Source of the DNA: Acaryochloris thomasi RCC1774
GTDB taxonomy: Bacteria > Cyanobacteriota > Cyanobacteriia > Thermosynechococcales > Thermosynechococcaceae
Direction of reading: 5' to 3'
DNA length: 32,000 nt
NCBI RefSeq assembly: GCF_003231495.1
Contig: NZ_PQWO01000009.1
Span: 30,001 to 62,000, forward strand
The translations under genes and the position numbers were made by a program. Of this stretch, positions 8,829 through 18,243 are shown piece after piece (position 1 is the stretch's first letter; each line of letters starts with the position of its first letter). Below the pieces are notes generated by a model, which saw only the letters and a program-made list of their open reading frames with translations, had not been told where the DNA came from and did no database searches.

Positions 8829-9013
8829 ACTGTTGGGCCTAATCCGTTGGCTGCAGGCTGCTTTCCTCTTGGGACTTAGCGCCTAGCAATTTCCAAACGG
8901 TACCATGCTCAGAAGCCGTTTGACCGAATAGATGCTCTACGTAGAGGAGATGCGATCTCATCTCTAAATAGGCCTACAGTTTTTGCTGCTCGGGATCTGT
9001 CTTAATTCGCTAT

Positions 9014-9376
9014 TTAGTCAATAAAGCCCATCAAGATGCCGGAAGAATCATCAACAGATCCTGTTGAGATAGGGCGATTGTTGGGCAAATCAGATGAAGG
9101 CATCAGCGGTAGGCCCAAGCGAATGATGGGGCGGCCCCCAGACATCTGCTCCATATTTACGATGTCTAGGCCAGAGCGGATGATCGGACGATGGTTTGGA
9201 AGCGTCTCTGTATCCACAACATCTAGGTGGCTGATCGTGATTGGGCGATTCCCTGGTAGCGTTCCATCTGTAATGTAATCGAGGGATTGCTCCGCAACGG
9301 GGCGATTATTGGGCAGAGGGGGCGTCTGGTAGAGTTCGAGTTCACCCTTATCGTCAGACTTGTTAGAGGTAGCCAT
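9014..9376 (-). CDS. small repeat protein: five 19-residue 'LPNNRPI' repeats, function unknown
   Basis: 120 aa with an ATG start. The R-P dipeptides fall at residues 25, 44, 63, 82 and 101, an exact 19-aa period (LPNNRPV, LPGNRPI, LPNHRPI, SGGRPI, LPNNRPI). No signal peptide or TM segment. Same strand as bicA and 185 nt upstream of it. Confidence 0.6.
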   Translation of the reverse strand: MATSNKSDDKGELELYQTPPLPNNRPVAEQSLDYITDGTLPGNRPITISHLDVVDTETLPNHRPIIRSGLDIVNMEQMSGGRPIIRLGLPLMPSSDLPNNRPISTGSVDDSSGILMGFID

Positions 9377-9518
9377 GCTGTGATTTTCCTTTTGCCTTGA
9401 ACTTCAGCGCGTCAAGCCAAGGGCACATTTACCCCAGTGCTTGCCTATCTAGATAATAGTTGAGATAGATGAAGTTTCACTAACAAAAGTTGATGATTCT
9501 CATAAATCTATACGATAA

Positions 9519-9539
9519 ACCCAGCCTCATAGGCTGGGT
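9519..9539 (-). terminator. candidate hairpin terminator downstream of the 9587-9796 ORF
   Basis: Perfect 9-bp stem ACCCAGCCT/AGGCTGGGT with a 3-nt loop, 48 nt after the stop. The tail on the minus strand is only TTTAT, so it is not a canonical U-tract. Confidence 0.35.
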
Positions 9540-9586
9540 GAGGGTTAAATGCTATTACGTGCTATTAGGGGCTATGACAGAATTGT

Positions 9587-9796
9587 CTAATAGCTGTCGT
9601 TCTCGTTTGCCATCTGTAGGCCCAGCGTCCGATTTGCTGAATTGAGTCGTTCTGCAATCGCTTCTCGCCACTTTTGACTCACGGACAGATCGGCCAAGAT
9701 CTCCTGGGCCATCTGCCGATAAGTGGCACTTTTAACTCGGTCAACTTTCTCAAGTTGCTGAAGATTGTCGTAGACAGTTTTCGGAGAGAGGCTCAT
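9587..9796 (-). CDS. small hypothetical protein (69 aa, helical)
   Basis: The ORF track gives a TTG start at 9853. The internal ATG at 9796 has GGGAG about 9 nt upstream. It translates as MSLSPKTVYDNLQQLEKVDRVKSATYRQMAQEILADLSVSQKWREAIAERLN... It lies directly downstream of gltD on the same strand. No motif recognised. Confidence 0.45.
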   Translation of the reverse strand: MSLSPKTVYDNLQQLEKVDRVKSATYRQMAQEILADLSVSQKWREAIAERLNSANRTLGLQMANENDSY

Positions 9797-9887
9797 AGCA
9801 TTAGCTCCCGGACTTATGTGTAGGACAATAGAAGATTTTATCGACGTCAACAAAAAGGAATTTAAATAGAAATCGAGTTAAGAAAAC

Positions 9888-11372
9888 TTAAGGTAAATCG
9901 GTGTGGCCCATCAGGTAGCGATCGCATTCCCTGGCCGCACCTCGACCTTCATTAAAGGCCCAAACCACTAGGCTCTGGCCCCTACGACAGTCTCCAGCAG
10001 CAAACACCCCCGGAATACTAGTCGTATAGTTTTCATGCTCTGCTTTGACGTTACCACGGGGATCAAGATCAAGCTTCAGTGAATCTAACAAGGGCTGCTC
10101 TGGTCCTAAAAATCCCATCGCCAGTAGAACAAGCTGGGCGGGGATTACCTTCTCAGAGCCGGTCACATGAACGGGAGTGAATCGGCCTTGTTCATCTTTT
10201 TGCCAGTTAACTTCAACCGTATGTAGTGCCTTAACGTGGCCGTTTTCATCGCCTTCAAACTTAGTGGTCATCGTTAAGTACCCTCTGGGGTCATCACCAA
10301 AGACCGCGGCTGCCTCTTCTTGGCCGTAATCCAGGCGGTAGACCTTCGGCCATTCAGGCCAGGGATTGCTGGCAGCCCGCTCTTCTGGGGGCTTTGGCAT
10401 AATCTCAAGCTGCACTAAACTCTTGCAGTTGTGGCGGATGGAGGTACCTACGCAGTCCGTCCCCGTGTCTCCTCCACCAATGACCACGACATCTTGCTCA
10501 CGGGCAGAAATAACCTGATCGTTGAGGCTCGGATCCATGACCGCCTGGGTATTGGCAGTTAAGAAATCCATTGCAAAGTGGATGCCCTTCAGATCTCGGC
10601 CCTCAATCGGTAAGTCACGGGGACGAGTCGATCCAGTGCAGAGAACCACTGCATCAAAATCTTTGAGGAGCGATTCAGCGGGTAAATCTTTGCCCACTTC
10701 GGTGTTGCAGACAAATTTGATGCCCTCTTCTTCAAGTAGTTTGACGCGGCGCATCACCACCTGCTCCTTCTCAAGCTTCATATTGGGAATGCCGTAGGTG
10801 AGCAAGCCGCCGGGGCGATCGGCTCGCTCTAATACAGTGACCCAGTGGCCCGCTTTATTGAGTTGAGCTGCGGCACACAGTCCAGCGGGGCCGGAACCAA
10901 TAACCGCCACTTTCTTGCCGGTGCGTTTCTCCGGAGGCTCGGGCTGAATCCAGCCATTTTGCCAGCCGTGGTCGACAATGGTTTGCTCAATGTTCTTAAT
11001 GGTGACTGGTGGATTGTTAATCCCCAACACGCAGGAACCTTCACAGGGTGCTGGACAGACCCGTCCCGTAAACTCAGGGAAATTATTGGTTTTGTGCAGA
11101 CGCTCAAGTGCTTCACGCCACAGTCCTCGATAGACGAGATCGTTCCATTCGGGAATGAGGTTATTAATGGGGCAACCGCTGGCCATATTGCTAATTACGG
11201 TACCGGTGTGGCAGAACGGGGTGCCACAGTCCATGCATCTGGCACCTTGATTCTTCAGTCGCTCTTCCGGTAGATGCTCGTGGAATTCATCCCAGTTCTT
11301 AATGCGCTCCAGGGGCGGGCGATCTGTGGGAATCTCTCGAACAAATTCAATGAAGCCGGTTGGTTTGCCCAT
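9888..11372 (-). CDS. gltD: glutamate synthase small (beta) subunit, NAD(P)H-dependent
   Basis: 494 aa. The N-terminal [10 protein letters not shown]...ERIKNWDEF is present, with Fe-S cysteine clusters CMDCGTPFC and CPAPCEGSC. Dinucleotide motifs are [14 protein letters not shown] and [13 protein letters not shown], followed by the C-terminal [18 protein letters not shown]. This is a classic GltD. Confidence 0.92.
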   Translation of the reverse strand: MGKPTGFIEFVREIPTDRPPLERIKNWDEFHEHLPEERLKNQGARCMDCGTPFCHTGTVISNMASGCPINNLIPEWNDLVYRGLWREALERLHKTNNFPEFTGRVCPAPCEGSCVLGINNPPVTIKNIEQTIVDHGWQNGWIQPEPPEKRTGKKVAVIGSGPAGLCAAAQLNKAGHWVTVLERADRPGGLLTYGIPNMKLEKEQVVMRRVKLLEEEGIKFVCNTEVGKDLPAESLLKDFDAVVLCTGSTRPRDLPIEGRDLKGIHFAMDFLTANTQAVMDPSLNDQVISAREQDVVVIGGGDTGTDCVGTSIRHNCKSLVQLEIMPKPPEERAASNPWPEWPKVYRLDYGQEEAAAVFGDDPRGYLTMTTKFEGDENGHVKALHTVEVNWQKDEQGRFTPVHVTGSEKVIPAQLVLLAMGFLGPEQPLLDSLKLDLDPRGNVKAEHENYTTSIPGVFAAGDCRRGQSLVVWAFNEGRGAARECDRYLMGHTDLP

Positions 11373-11538
11373 GATGTCTAAACGTAAATCTTATGGTGAG
11401 TCAGAGGTTTGATGATTTTAGCTTTTGTACAACAGTCAGGGCCAACAAATCTAAGATTCTTATATTTGACCAAGGCAGCGCTCTCTAATCTATACCGAAT
11501 CTAGGGCAGCAGTGCTATGAATTTCTTTGAATAAATAT

Positions 11539-12354
11539 TTAAGGGCGCTTTTGGAATGTCTTGCGTGTTGTCCAATACCGGATGTTGAGAGCAATACTGC
11601 TGAGGCAAAGTAGTCCCATCAAGCCCGCCAAGGGATTTTCGTTGATGCCCGTAATCCAGGCGGGGACTAATCCTGTGTAGGCAAGCCAGTTACCGACATC
11701 CACGCAGTAATAGGCCCAGACGAGGCCAGCATGGAGACCGATGGCGAGACCTAAACGACCCCTGCAGCCTCGTTTACTCCATACCAGTGTGATGCCAAGC
11801 AGGAATAAACCAAAGGCTTGGGGCCAGTTTTGGACGATTTCTGACCAGGGCTTGATGTAGTGCAGTGCGGCAAAGATAGCGCTGCCGATCAGCAGGGCTA
11901 GATTGGGTGAATAGTCGCGTTCTAGCTCATCTAAAAGCCAACCTCGAAACAACAGCTCTTCGGCAAAGCCGACTGCGATCGCAACTCCCAGGCCCGTCAA
12001 GGCGACTGATAACCCAGGTGGCTGACGCCAGGTCAACCATCCGAACAGCGCCTCTACGTTCAGCATCAAACCCAGGGAAAGCCCCCCAATCGCCAGACCC
12101 AGGCATAGATTGATCGCGTTGCTTTGGGTAATTTCGAGACCGTAGTGCTGAAGCGGTTGAGCGTAGCCGTAGAGTTTCTTTGACCAGATCTGTAAGCCGC
12201 AGATGAACAGCACGTAGAGCAAAATCAGCGCTGCAGGGCCTGCTCCCCAGATTTGTGTGATGGCTAGAGCGGGAAGGCTCCAGATGAGCAGCAGCAGTCC
12301 CATAAAAACGGCGAGCCGTACCGGGGCTGAACGATGCGCGAGCTGCAGGTTCAC
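11539..12354 (-). CDS. CPBP family intramembrane glutamic endopeptidase (CAAX/Abi-like)
   Basis: 271 aa, polytopic. Signature motifs are EELLFRG and FAALH, plus a later His (GLHAGLV). The GTG start lies 6 nt after the clpS stop; an alternative ATG is at 12303. Confidence 0.8.
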   Translation of the reverse strand: MNLQLAHRSAPVRLAVFMGLLLLIWSLPALAITQIWGAGPAALILLYVLFICGLQIWSKKLYGYAQPLQHYGLEITQSNAINLCLGLAIGGLSLGLMLNVEALFGWLTWRQPPGLSVALTGLGVAIAVGFAEELLFRGWLLDELERDYSPNLALLIGSAIFAALHYIKPWSEIVQNWPQAFGLFLLGITLVWSKRGCRGRLGLAIGLHAGLVWAYYCVDVGNWLAYTGLVPAWITGINENPLAGLMGLLCLSSIALNIRYWTTRKTFQKRP

Positions 12355-12360
12355 GTAGAT

Positions 12361-12642
12361 TTATTCATCTGGCTCAATGGTGCTTGTTAAGCCATTCATT
12401 TTCATCGTTTCACAGTAGAACTCTGCGGGCTCAAGGTCGCAAACAGTGACAAGGGCAATGCCGTTGGCATGGGCCTCCATCATGATGCTCACGGCTTGGG
12501 GCTGGGTGAGACTATTGACGGTCTTGAGCAGCACTTCAACCACATGCTCCATGGAGTTGAAGTCATCGTTGTGAAGCAAGACGCGATATCGCGGGGCGAT
12601 TTTACGGATGGTTTCTTGTTTGTCGAGGGTTTCAACAGACAT
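12361..12642 (-). CDS. clpS: ATP-dependent Clp protease adaptor ClpS
   Basis: 93 aa. YRVLLHNDDFNSMEHVVEVLLKTV...QAVSIMMEAHANGIALV is the conserved ClpS core. Confidence 0.9.
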   Translation of the reverse strand: MSVETLDKQETIRKIAPRYRVLLHNDDFNSMEHVVEVLLKTVNSLTQPQAVSIMMEAHANGIALVTVCDLEPAEFYCETMKMNGLTSTIEPDE

Positions 12643-12816
12643 GGGCTTAATGTTCGCTCAATAGGGGACAGAACCAACACACCTATCGTTCAATTAACGT
12701 AGGGTTTGACCGAGATTAACACGGCGGCTCAGGTACAAACGGTGTTCCGTAGCTTGGTATTGTAACGCCGATAGCTTGCCTGCAACAACCTGAGACCTAT
12801 GAACAGAGGCGAGGGC

Positions 12817-14796
12817 TTAGCGAATGCCAGCTACGGTCTGTAAGACCTGAACGAGAGTCTTTGAGCCGGTCTCTGATGTCTGAGAGACGGAAGAAGCGGA
12901 GTATTCATAAACGTCTAAATAGGGGATATGACGCGCTTGGGCGGCAACATTGGGAGCTGTGACTACAATTGGCAACTGTATGAGGGGCGAATTCTGATTG
13001 AGCTGCTGGAGTTGAGCGGGGTCAGTATCCGTATACAGAATGACTTGGGGGTTCCAGATCTGCAGCAGTAGGGCCGCTTCTTCGAGATTCTCTATGGAAA
13101 TCACGCGGCAACCCTGTTGGTTGAGGTGCTGACTACTGGTGATGGCGGGCGAGCGGGTAGAGCTTGTCTCTAGCTGCAGGATTGTCAGTTTGTCCCTCTT
13201 TTGGGAGGTTGAAGCCCTAAGGTTGCGATCGTACTCAGGTTGTTTATTGGGGACCGCTTTGGTGGGTGACGAGGGGGGAGCAACGCGCTTTTGTACAATG
13301 TCTAGACAGTCTGCGACGGCTTGGTGGGTGATGGGTTGGCTTAAAACTGCCTGAGCCTCATGTTGTGCAGAGGCCTTCCCCAGGAGGATGACAGGGGCGC
13401 TGTCTTTGATTAGCGCGAGTGTGTCGCCTCCAGAGGGTAAAGCAAAGGATTGTTCTAGAAAAACAACTGCGGGCTGAAGTTGGTGGGGTAGGTTTAGAGC
13501 CGCAAGGCCGGATTGTGCGATCGCAACTCGATATCCTTGTTCTTGCAGAGCAGCTTTCAAAGCTTCGATAATCTCTAGATCTTGGGCCACAACCAGGGCA
13601 AGACGCTGACTCAACTGAGCGATTTGAGTGTTGCCTGCTCGCAGTGATGCGAGATTCGGTGGAATGAGCAAGGTGACCTGACGGCTGCCCCTAGCGTTCG
13701 TGAATACAGAAATAGCACCCTGATGTAAGCGGGCAAGTTGATGGGCTAAATACTGATCTAACCGATTGTTCTCAGAATCGAGGGGGACTGCACTACGTTT
13801 CTTGATGGCGCTAGGTTCTGCCGTAGGAGCCTGGGTTGAAGCCGTAAAGGCAATCCATCCGCCCCACTGCTCGACTTGGAGTGTGATTTGTTTTTTTGAC
13901 AGCGCCAGCATCTGTTTGATTAACGAGCTGAGGATCTTTTGCAGGCAGCTTAAATCAGCTATGAGAGGGGGAATTTGCTGATCAATATGGAGCTGAACCA
14001 CAGATGTTCGGGAGGATTGTGTGCAGGAGGCAATCACCTGTTCGCAAAGAAAAGAGAGCTCTACTACTTCAAGCTGCAGCGTTCGCTGCTGATTTTGCAG
14101 CTGACTCAGAAGCATGATCTCTTGCACAACCGTCATTAACTGCTGCGTTTTTTCGTCAATGAGCTTGAGATATTGCTGCTGGCGATCGGTAATGTGTTCT
14201 AGCTTGCTCTGCTGAAGGATATTAAACAGACCCAGAATAGCCGTGAGCGGGTTTTTGAGGTCATGGCTAATTTCTGCTAGCAACTTATCTTTCAAACGAT
14301 TTTCAAGAATAAGCCGCTGTGTTGCGATCGCACTTGCTGGATTATGGGTCTCTGCTACCACACTTTTAGCCGAGAGTGTTTGGCCACGGGCCAGAGCAGG
14401 TAAGATTTTCTCTAAATCGACCAGCCCAAGAAAATTCTCATCAGTGTCTGTTACCCCCCAGTGCACTGTTTCATCCGGCGATAAAGTCTGTAGCTTTTCC
14501 CAAAATTCCGGTAGCGAAGTGCTTTCAGGTAAGCAGGCTATGGGTTCTAAAAGCACGCCAGCAGCAGGCAACTGAGGAAAAGCCGTTATGAGCTTGGCAA
14601 TGGGTACACAACCGACGGGGTGTGTCGAGCGATCAAATACGACTAGATGGGCGATCGTAGTTGAACCCAAAGGTGCCTTTGAGCTAGAGGCTGCACTGTT
14701 TGCTTGACGGAGCTTTGCTAGCACCTCGTCTAGGTCAATGGGATGTTTGCAAGCCAGAACAGTCTGCACATATGCCTTCAGGCTTTGGGGTGACAC
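12817..14796 (-). CDS. degenerate hybrid histidine kinase (HisKA H-box retained, ATP-binding boxes lost) with two pseudo-receiver domains
   Basis: 659 aa with a GTG start. The H-box is AEISHDLKNPLTAILG. The following ~150 aa align in length to HATPase_c but lack the N-box Asn, the G1 box (DxGxG, here WIAFTASTQAP) and the G2 box (GxGLG). Two CheY-like segments follow. In the first, the acceptor position reads VVFLEQS (Glu instead of Asp). The second (VILYTDTD ... PIVVTAP) lacks the conserved Lys. Confidence 0.7.
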   Translation of the reverse strand: MSPQSLKAYVQTVLACKHPIDLDEVLAKLRQANSAASSSKAPLGSTTIAHLVVFDRSTHPVGCVPIAKLITAFPQLPAAGVLLEPIACLPESTSLPEFWEKLQTLSPDETVHWGVTDTDENFLGLVDLEKILPALARGQTLSAKSVVAETHNPASAIATQRLILENRLKDKLLAEISHDLKNPLTAILGLFNILQQSKLEHITDRQQQYLKLIDEKTQQLMTVVQEIMLLSQLQNQQRTLQLEVVELSFLCEQVIASCTQSSRTSVVQLHIDQQIPPLIADLSCLQKILSSLIKQMLALSKKQITLQVEQWGGWIAFTASTQAPTAEPSAIKKRSAVPLDSENNRLDQYLAHQLARLHQGAISVFTNARGSRQVTLLIPPNLASLRAGNTQIAQLSQRLALVVAQDLEIIEALKAALQEQGYRVAIAQSGLAALNLPHQLQPAVVFLEQSFALPSGGDTLALIKDSAPVILLGKASAQHEAQAVLSQPITHQAVADCLDIVQKRVAPPSSPTKAVPNKQPEYDRNLRASTSQKRDKLTILQLETSSTRSPAITSSQHLNQQGCRVISIENLEEAALLLQIWNPQVILYTDTDPAQLQQLNQNSPLIQLPIVVTAPNVAAQARHIPYLDVYEYSASSVSQTSETGSKTLVQVLQTVAGIR

Positions 14797-14849
14797 TGAC
14801 TTGCTAGGGTAGACAGCGCTAGAAATAATGAATGGTGCCTATTGTAATT

Positions 14850-16247
14850 CTACAGAACTTGTAGCATAGCGCGTGCGATCGCAAAGTATATCAACACACC
14901 GAGAACATCCACCGCCGTTGTGATAAAAGGGGCTGACATCAAGGCGGGATCAAAGCCTAGCGTCCGAAATAGAAACGGGAGGGCGGAGCCGGCTACCGAA
15001 GCAAGGATCGAGATCGCGACTAAGCTCAAACCCACGGTGATAGCCACGGCTAAATTCCCCTGTAGGACAAAGGCCCACAAAATCACGATTGCCCCCAGCA
15101 TAAGCCCCAGCACGGCCCCGGCCATCGCCTCTCGCCGGATCACCCAAAAGGCCCGTCCAGGTCTCATTGTCTCAACGTTGAGGCTGCGAATCACCACCGT
15201 TGAAGACTGAGCACCCACGTTTCCCCCAGTTCCGATCAGGAGCGGAATGAAGCTGGAGAGGGCTACCACCTGCGTTAGCAGCTCTTCTTGACTGTGGATG
15301 ACTGCCGTTGTGCCCGTGTTGGTCAGCAGCAGGACCAGCAGCCACAGAACTCGCCTGCGGGCCACCGTGATCAGGCTGCTTTGAAAGTAATCGTCGGTGC
15401 CGGACTGGATCCCACCCATCGTGTAGATGTCTTCGGTGGTTTCCTGCTCCATAATGTCAGCGGCGTCATCCACCGTGACGATGCCCACCAAACGCTGCTC
15501 TCGATCCACCACCGGCATCGCCAAAAAGTCATAGCGTTGAATCGTGCGGGCCACTTCTTCTTGATCCGTGTCAGTGCTGACAAATACGGCGTCGCGGGTC
15601 ATGATGTCTGCAACTTTTTGTTCAGGCGTGGCTGTTACCAGCTCTCGCAGGGACAGGGTGCCAGTTAAGTGACGCGCGGTATCCGTGACGTAGAGGTAAT
15701 AGACGGTCTCCGTGAACCGGGCTAGCTGTCGAATGCGGTCTAGCGCTTGAAAAACCGTGATATTTTCCTTGAGTGAGACGTACTCCGGCGTCATAATCCG
15801 CCCAGCAGTATCGGCTTCGTAGCCCAACAGCAGCGCGGTGGCCTGCCGCTCCATGGGGCTCAACTGCTCCTGGATACGGGTGACAATTTTCGCCGGAAGT
15901 TCATCAAAGAGCCGTACTCGATCGTCAGGCGACATTTTATCGACAATGTCCAAGACATCCTGACGTTTGAAGTCTTCGATCAGCGCCTGCTGTACAGCAG
16001 AATTGAGGTTCTCATAGACCTCAATGGCTTCATCTTTGGGCAGCAGGCGAAAGGCAATCGCCTGCATCGCTTCTGGTAATTCTTCAATGGCTTCAGCGAT
16101 GTCGGCAGGCTGGACGGGAACCAATAGCGCTTTGGCCCCCTCCAGGTTATTGCGCTCTAGAAGCATCAGGAGTTGCGATCTCACCAGTTCCCGCAGTTCC
16201 CTGCGAGAGATGCTCTGGATCTGTAAATTTTGCGTATTCTCTGCCAA
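14850..16247 (-). CDS. mgtE: magnesium transporter MgtE
   Basis: 465 aa with the MgtE N-domain, a CBS pair (IMTPEYVSL..., LAMPVVDREQRLVGIVTVDD) and the TM domain with IGTGGNVGAQSSTVVIRSL. The start in the track is TTG (16247), so it is uncertain. Confidence 0.9.
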   Translation of the reverse strand: MAENTQNLQIQSISRRELRELVRSQLLMLLERNNLEGAKALLVPVQPADIAEAIEELPEAMQAIAFRLLPKDEAIEVYENLNSAVQQALIEDFKRQDVLDIVDKMSPDDRVRLFDELPAKIVTRIQEQLSPMERQATALLLGYEADTAGRIMTPEYVSLKENITVFQALDRIRQLARFTETVYYLYVTDTARHLTGTLSLRELVTATPEQKVADIMTRDAVFVSTDTDQEEVARTIQRYDFLAMPVVDREQRLVGIVTVDDAADIMEQETTEDIYTMGGIQSGTDDYFQSSLITVARRRVLWLLVLLLTNTGTTAVIHSQEELLTQVVALSSFIPLLIGTGGNVGAQSSTVVIRSLNVETMRPGRAFWVIRREAMAGAVLGLMLGAIVILWAFVLQGNLAVAITVGLSLVAISILASVAGSALPFLFRTLGFDPALMSAPFITTAVDVLGVLIYFAIARAMLQVL

Positions 16248-16515
16248 GCCAGCCCCTCATGAAATTACCGGTTGCCGCCCACTTAAGAATATAGGCGTAA
16301 TGAACCCGCAATATCTCAGCTCAGCCTCAAAATCTCAGGGCAGCTCAACTTATGCCCCTCTGAAAGAATTGTCTTTGCTATCTGCAAATACCGCACACTC
16401 ACGAGTTGCGGCTACTTCGATCACGACTCCAGACGTGAAAGAAATTTGGCTCTTGTTAAAAGCCTAGATTATGCTAGTGTAGATTTCTGTGCCTGACAGG
16501 CATGTACCCCGTTTG

Positions 16516-16587
16516 GGGTCGCTAACTCAATGGTAGAGTATTCGGCTTTTAACCGACTAGCTCCGGGTTCGAGTCCCGGGCGACCCA
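16516..16587 (+). tRNA. trnK: tRNA-Lys (anticodon UUU)
   Basis: Folded by hand. The 7-bp acceptor stem GGGTCGC/GCGACCC is perfect. The D-stem is ACTC/GAGT. The anticodon stem has 4 Watson-Crick pairs plus one U:C at 27:43, and the loop CTTTTAA gives anticodon TTT. There is a 5-nt variable loop, a T-arm CCGGG-TTCGAGT-CCCGG and discriminator A. CCA is not encoded. Confidence 0.9.
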
Positions 16588-16793
16588 TCCTAATAATTTA
16601 AACCGATCTTGTGGCCCTGTTTATCTGCCCTGAGATGTCGGTCAATGGACCTTGCCATCCGTTTCCCTTTCACCCTAATTGATGGATTGTTCACGCCTAG
16701 GCCACTGAACAGGTTAGGATAACTTTAGATTAATGTAAGAATTGCGCGCGTTTCCCACTCGATTCACAGAGTAAGTAATTAGGAGGATCATCA

Positions 16794-17873
16794 ATGGCGC
16801 TTGTACCTATGCGGCTTCTGCTAGACCATGCCGCGGAAGAAGGTTATGGCATTCCCGCCTATAACGTCAACAACATGGAGCAGATCATCTCGATCATGCA
16901 GGCTGCTGAGGAAGCTGACAGTCCCGTCATCCTGCAGGCGTCTCGCGGTGCTCGTAAGTATGCGGGTGAAAACTTCCTTCGTCACTTGATTTTGGCGGCA
17001 GTTGAGTCCCACCCTCATATTCCTATTGCCATGCACCAAGATCACGGCAATAGCCCCACCACCTGCTACTCAGCCATGAAAAATGGCTTCACTAGCGTCA
17101 TGATGGATGGCTCGCTTGAGGCTGATGCCAAAACGCCCGCTAGCTTTGAATACAATGTAGCCGTCACTAAGCAGGTCGTCGATGTCGCCCATGCCATTGG
17201 CGTCAGCGTTGAAGGCGAGCTAGGTTGCCTCGGTTCTCTAGAAACCGGTCAAGGTGAAGCCGAAGACGGTCATGGTTTTGAAGGGACTCTCAGCAAAGAC
17301 CAGTTGCTGACCGACCCTGATGAGGCCGTTGAATTTGTGCAGCAGACCCAAGTGGATGCCTTGGCTGTTGCCATTGGCACTAGCCACGGAGCATATAAAT
17401 TCTCCCGGAAGCCCACAGGCGAGATTCTAGCCATTAGCCGCATTGAAGAAATTCACAATCGGCTTCCCAATACGCACTTGGTCATGCACGGTTCTTCCTC
17501 TGTTCCTAAAGAGTGGATCGATATCATCAATGCAAATGGTGGACAAATCCCTGAAACCTATGGTGTACCCGTTGAAGAGATTCAAAAAGGTATCAAGGTT
17601 GGTGTTCGCAAAGTTAATATTGACACGGACAATCGCTTAGCTATTACTGCAGCTATCCGAGAAGCGGCCTTTAAAGATCCGGCTAACTTTGACCCTCGTC
17701 ACTTCCTTAAGCCTTCCATTGCTTACATGAAGAAGGTCTGTCTGCGTCGGTATGAGTCCTTTGGCACTGCTGGTAACGCCAGTAAAATCAAGCAGCAGCC
17801 CCTCGATATCTATGCTGTTAAGTACGAGAAGGGCGAACTTGACGCTAAGACGAAGCAAACTGTTACAGCTTAG
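16794..17873 (+). CDS. fbaA: fructose-1,6-bisphosphate aldolase, class II (Calvin-cycle type)
   Basis: 359 aa. [30 protein letters not shown]...[14 protein letters not shown]...[10 protein letters not shown]...[14 protein letters not shown]...[11 protein letters not shown]...[10 protein letters not shown] matches the cyanobacterial class II FBA. The SD TAGGAGG lies upstream of the ATG. Confidence 0.95.
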   Translation: MALVPMRLLLDHAAEEGYGIPAYNVNNMEQIISIMQAAEEADSPVILQASRGARKYAGENFLRHLILAAVESHPHIPIAMHQDHGNSPTTCYSAMKNGFTSVMMDGSLEADAKTPASFEYNVAVTKQVVDVAHAIGVSVEGELGCLGSLETGQGEAEDGHGFEGTLSKDQLLTDPDEAVEFVQQTQVDALAVAIGTSHGAYKFSRKPTGEILAISRIEEIHNRLPNTHLVMHGSSSVPKEWIDIINANGGQIPETYGVPVEEIQKGIKVGVRKVNIDTDNRLAITAAIREAAFKDPANFDPRHFLKPSIAYMKKVCLRRYESFGTAGNASKIKQQPLDIYAVKYEKGELDAKTKQTVTA

Positions 17874-17934
17874 GTAACACGCGAGGGTTTGAGAGATCTT
17901 CTCTTATTCCCTTTGATGTTCCTATTGCTTGAAT

Positions 17935-17970
17935 AAAAAAGCCGGGAAGAAAAATCTTCCCGGCTTTTTT
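17935..17970 (+). terminator. rho-independent terminator after fbaA (symmetrical A6/T6 flanks, potentially bidirectional)
   Basis: AAAAAAGCCGGGAAGA-AAAA-TCTTCCCGGCTTTTTT: a perfect 10-bp GC-rich stem, a 4-nt loop and a T6 tail, 62 nt after the stop. Confidence 0.85.
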
Positions 17971-18243
17971 GATGCCTTTGACTTTTGGCTAAGATCAAAT
18001 ATTTTGGCTCAAAAATAATGAAGGCGTAGCTTTGCTTCTGCTCAAGATCGACGTCGACTGTTCTGTGCTTAAACCTTTACGTGTAGAGATATACGTATTG
18101 ATTAGGGCATAAGGATGACTGAAGCCCATCTGTGCTAGAGAAGGACTGTTCTAACTCAGTCGGGTGCTGCTATATAAACGATGATCAATGACGTGTCTAC
18201 GTGACGGATAAAAATTATTGAAGTAGTAGGGATGCTTAATCTT

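Noticed and set aside
10845-11273. 142-aa + strand ORF (and 10522-10797, 10829-11116) inside gltD
   Set aside because: These are antisense or alternate-frame shadows of a highly conserved gene and carry no motifs.
16024-16467. 147-aa + strand ORF overlapping the 5' end of mgtE and its upstream region
   Set aside because: It is mostly antisense to mgtE, with Ser/Arg-rich low-information sequence and no SD.
16248-16515. Looked for an M-box (Mg2+) riboswitch in the mgtE leader
   Set aside because: I could identify no M-box-like conserved helices or loops. The region also has to accommodate the promoter of the divergent tRNA-Lys.
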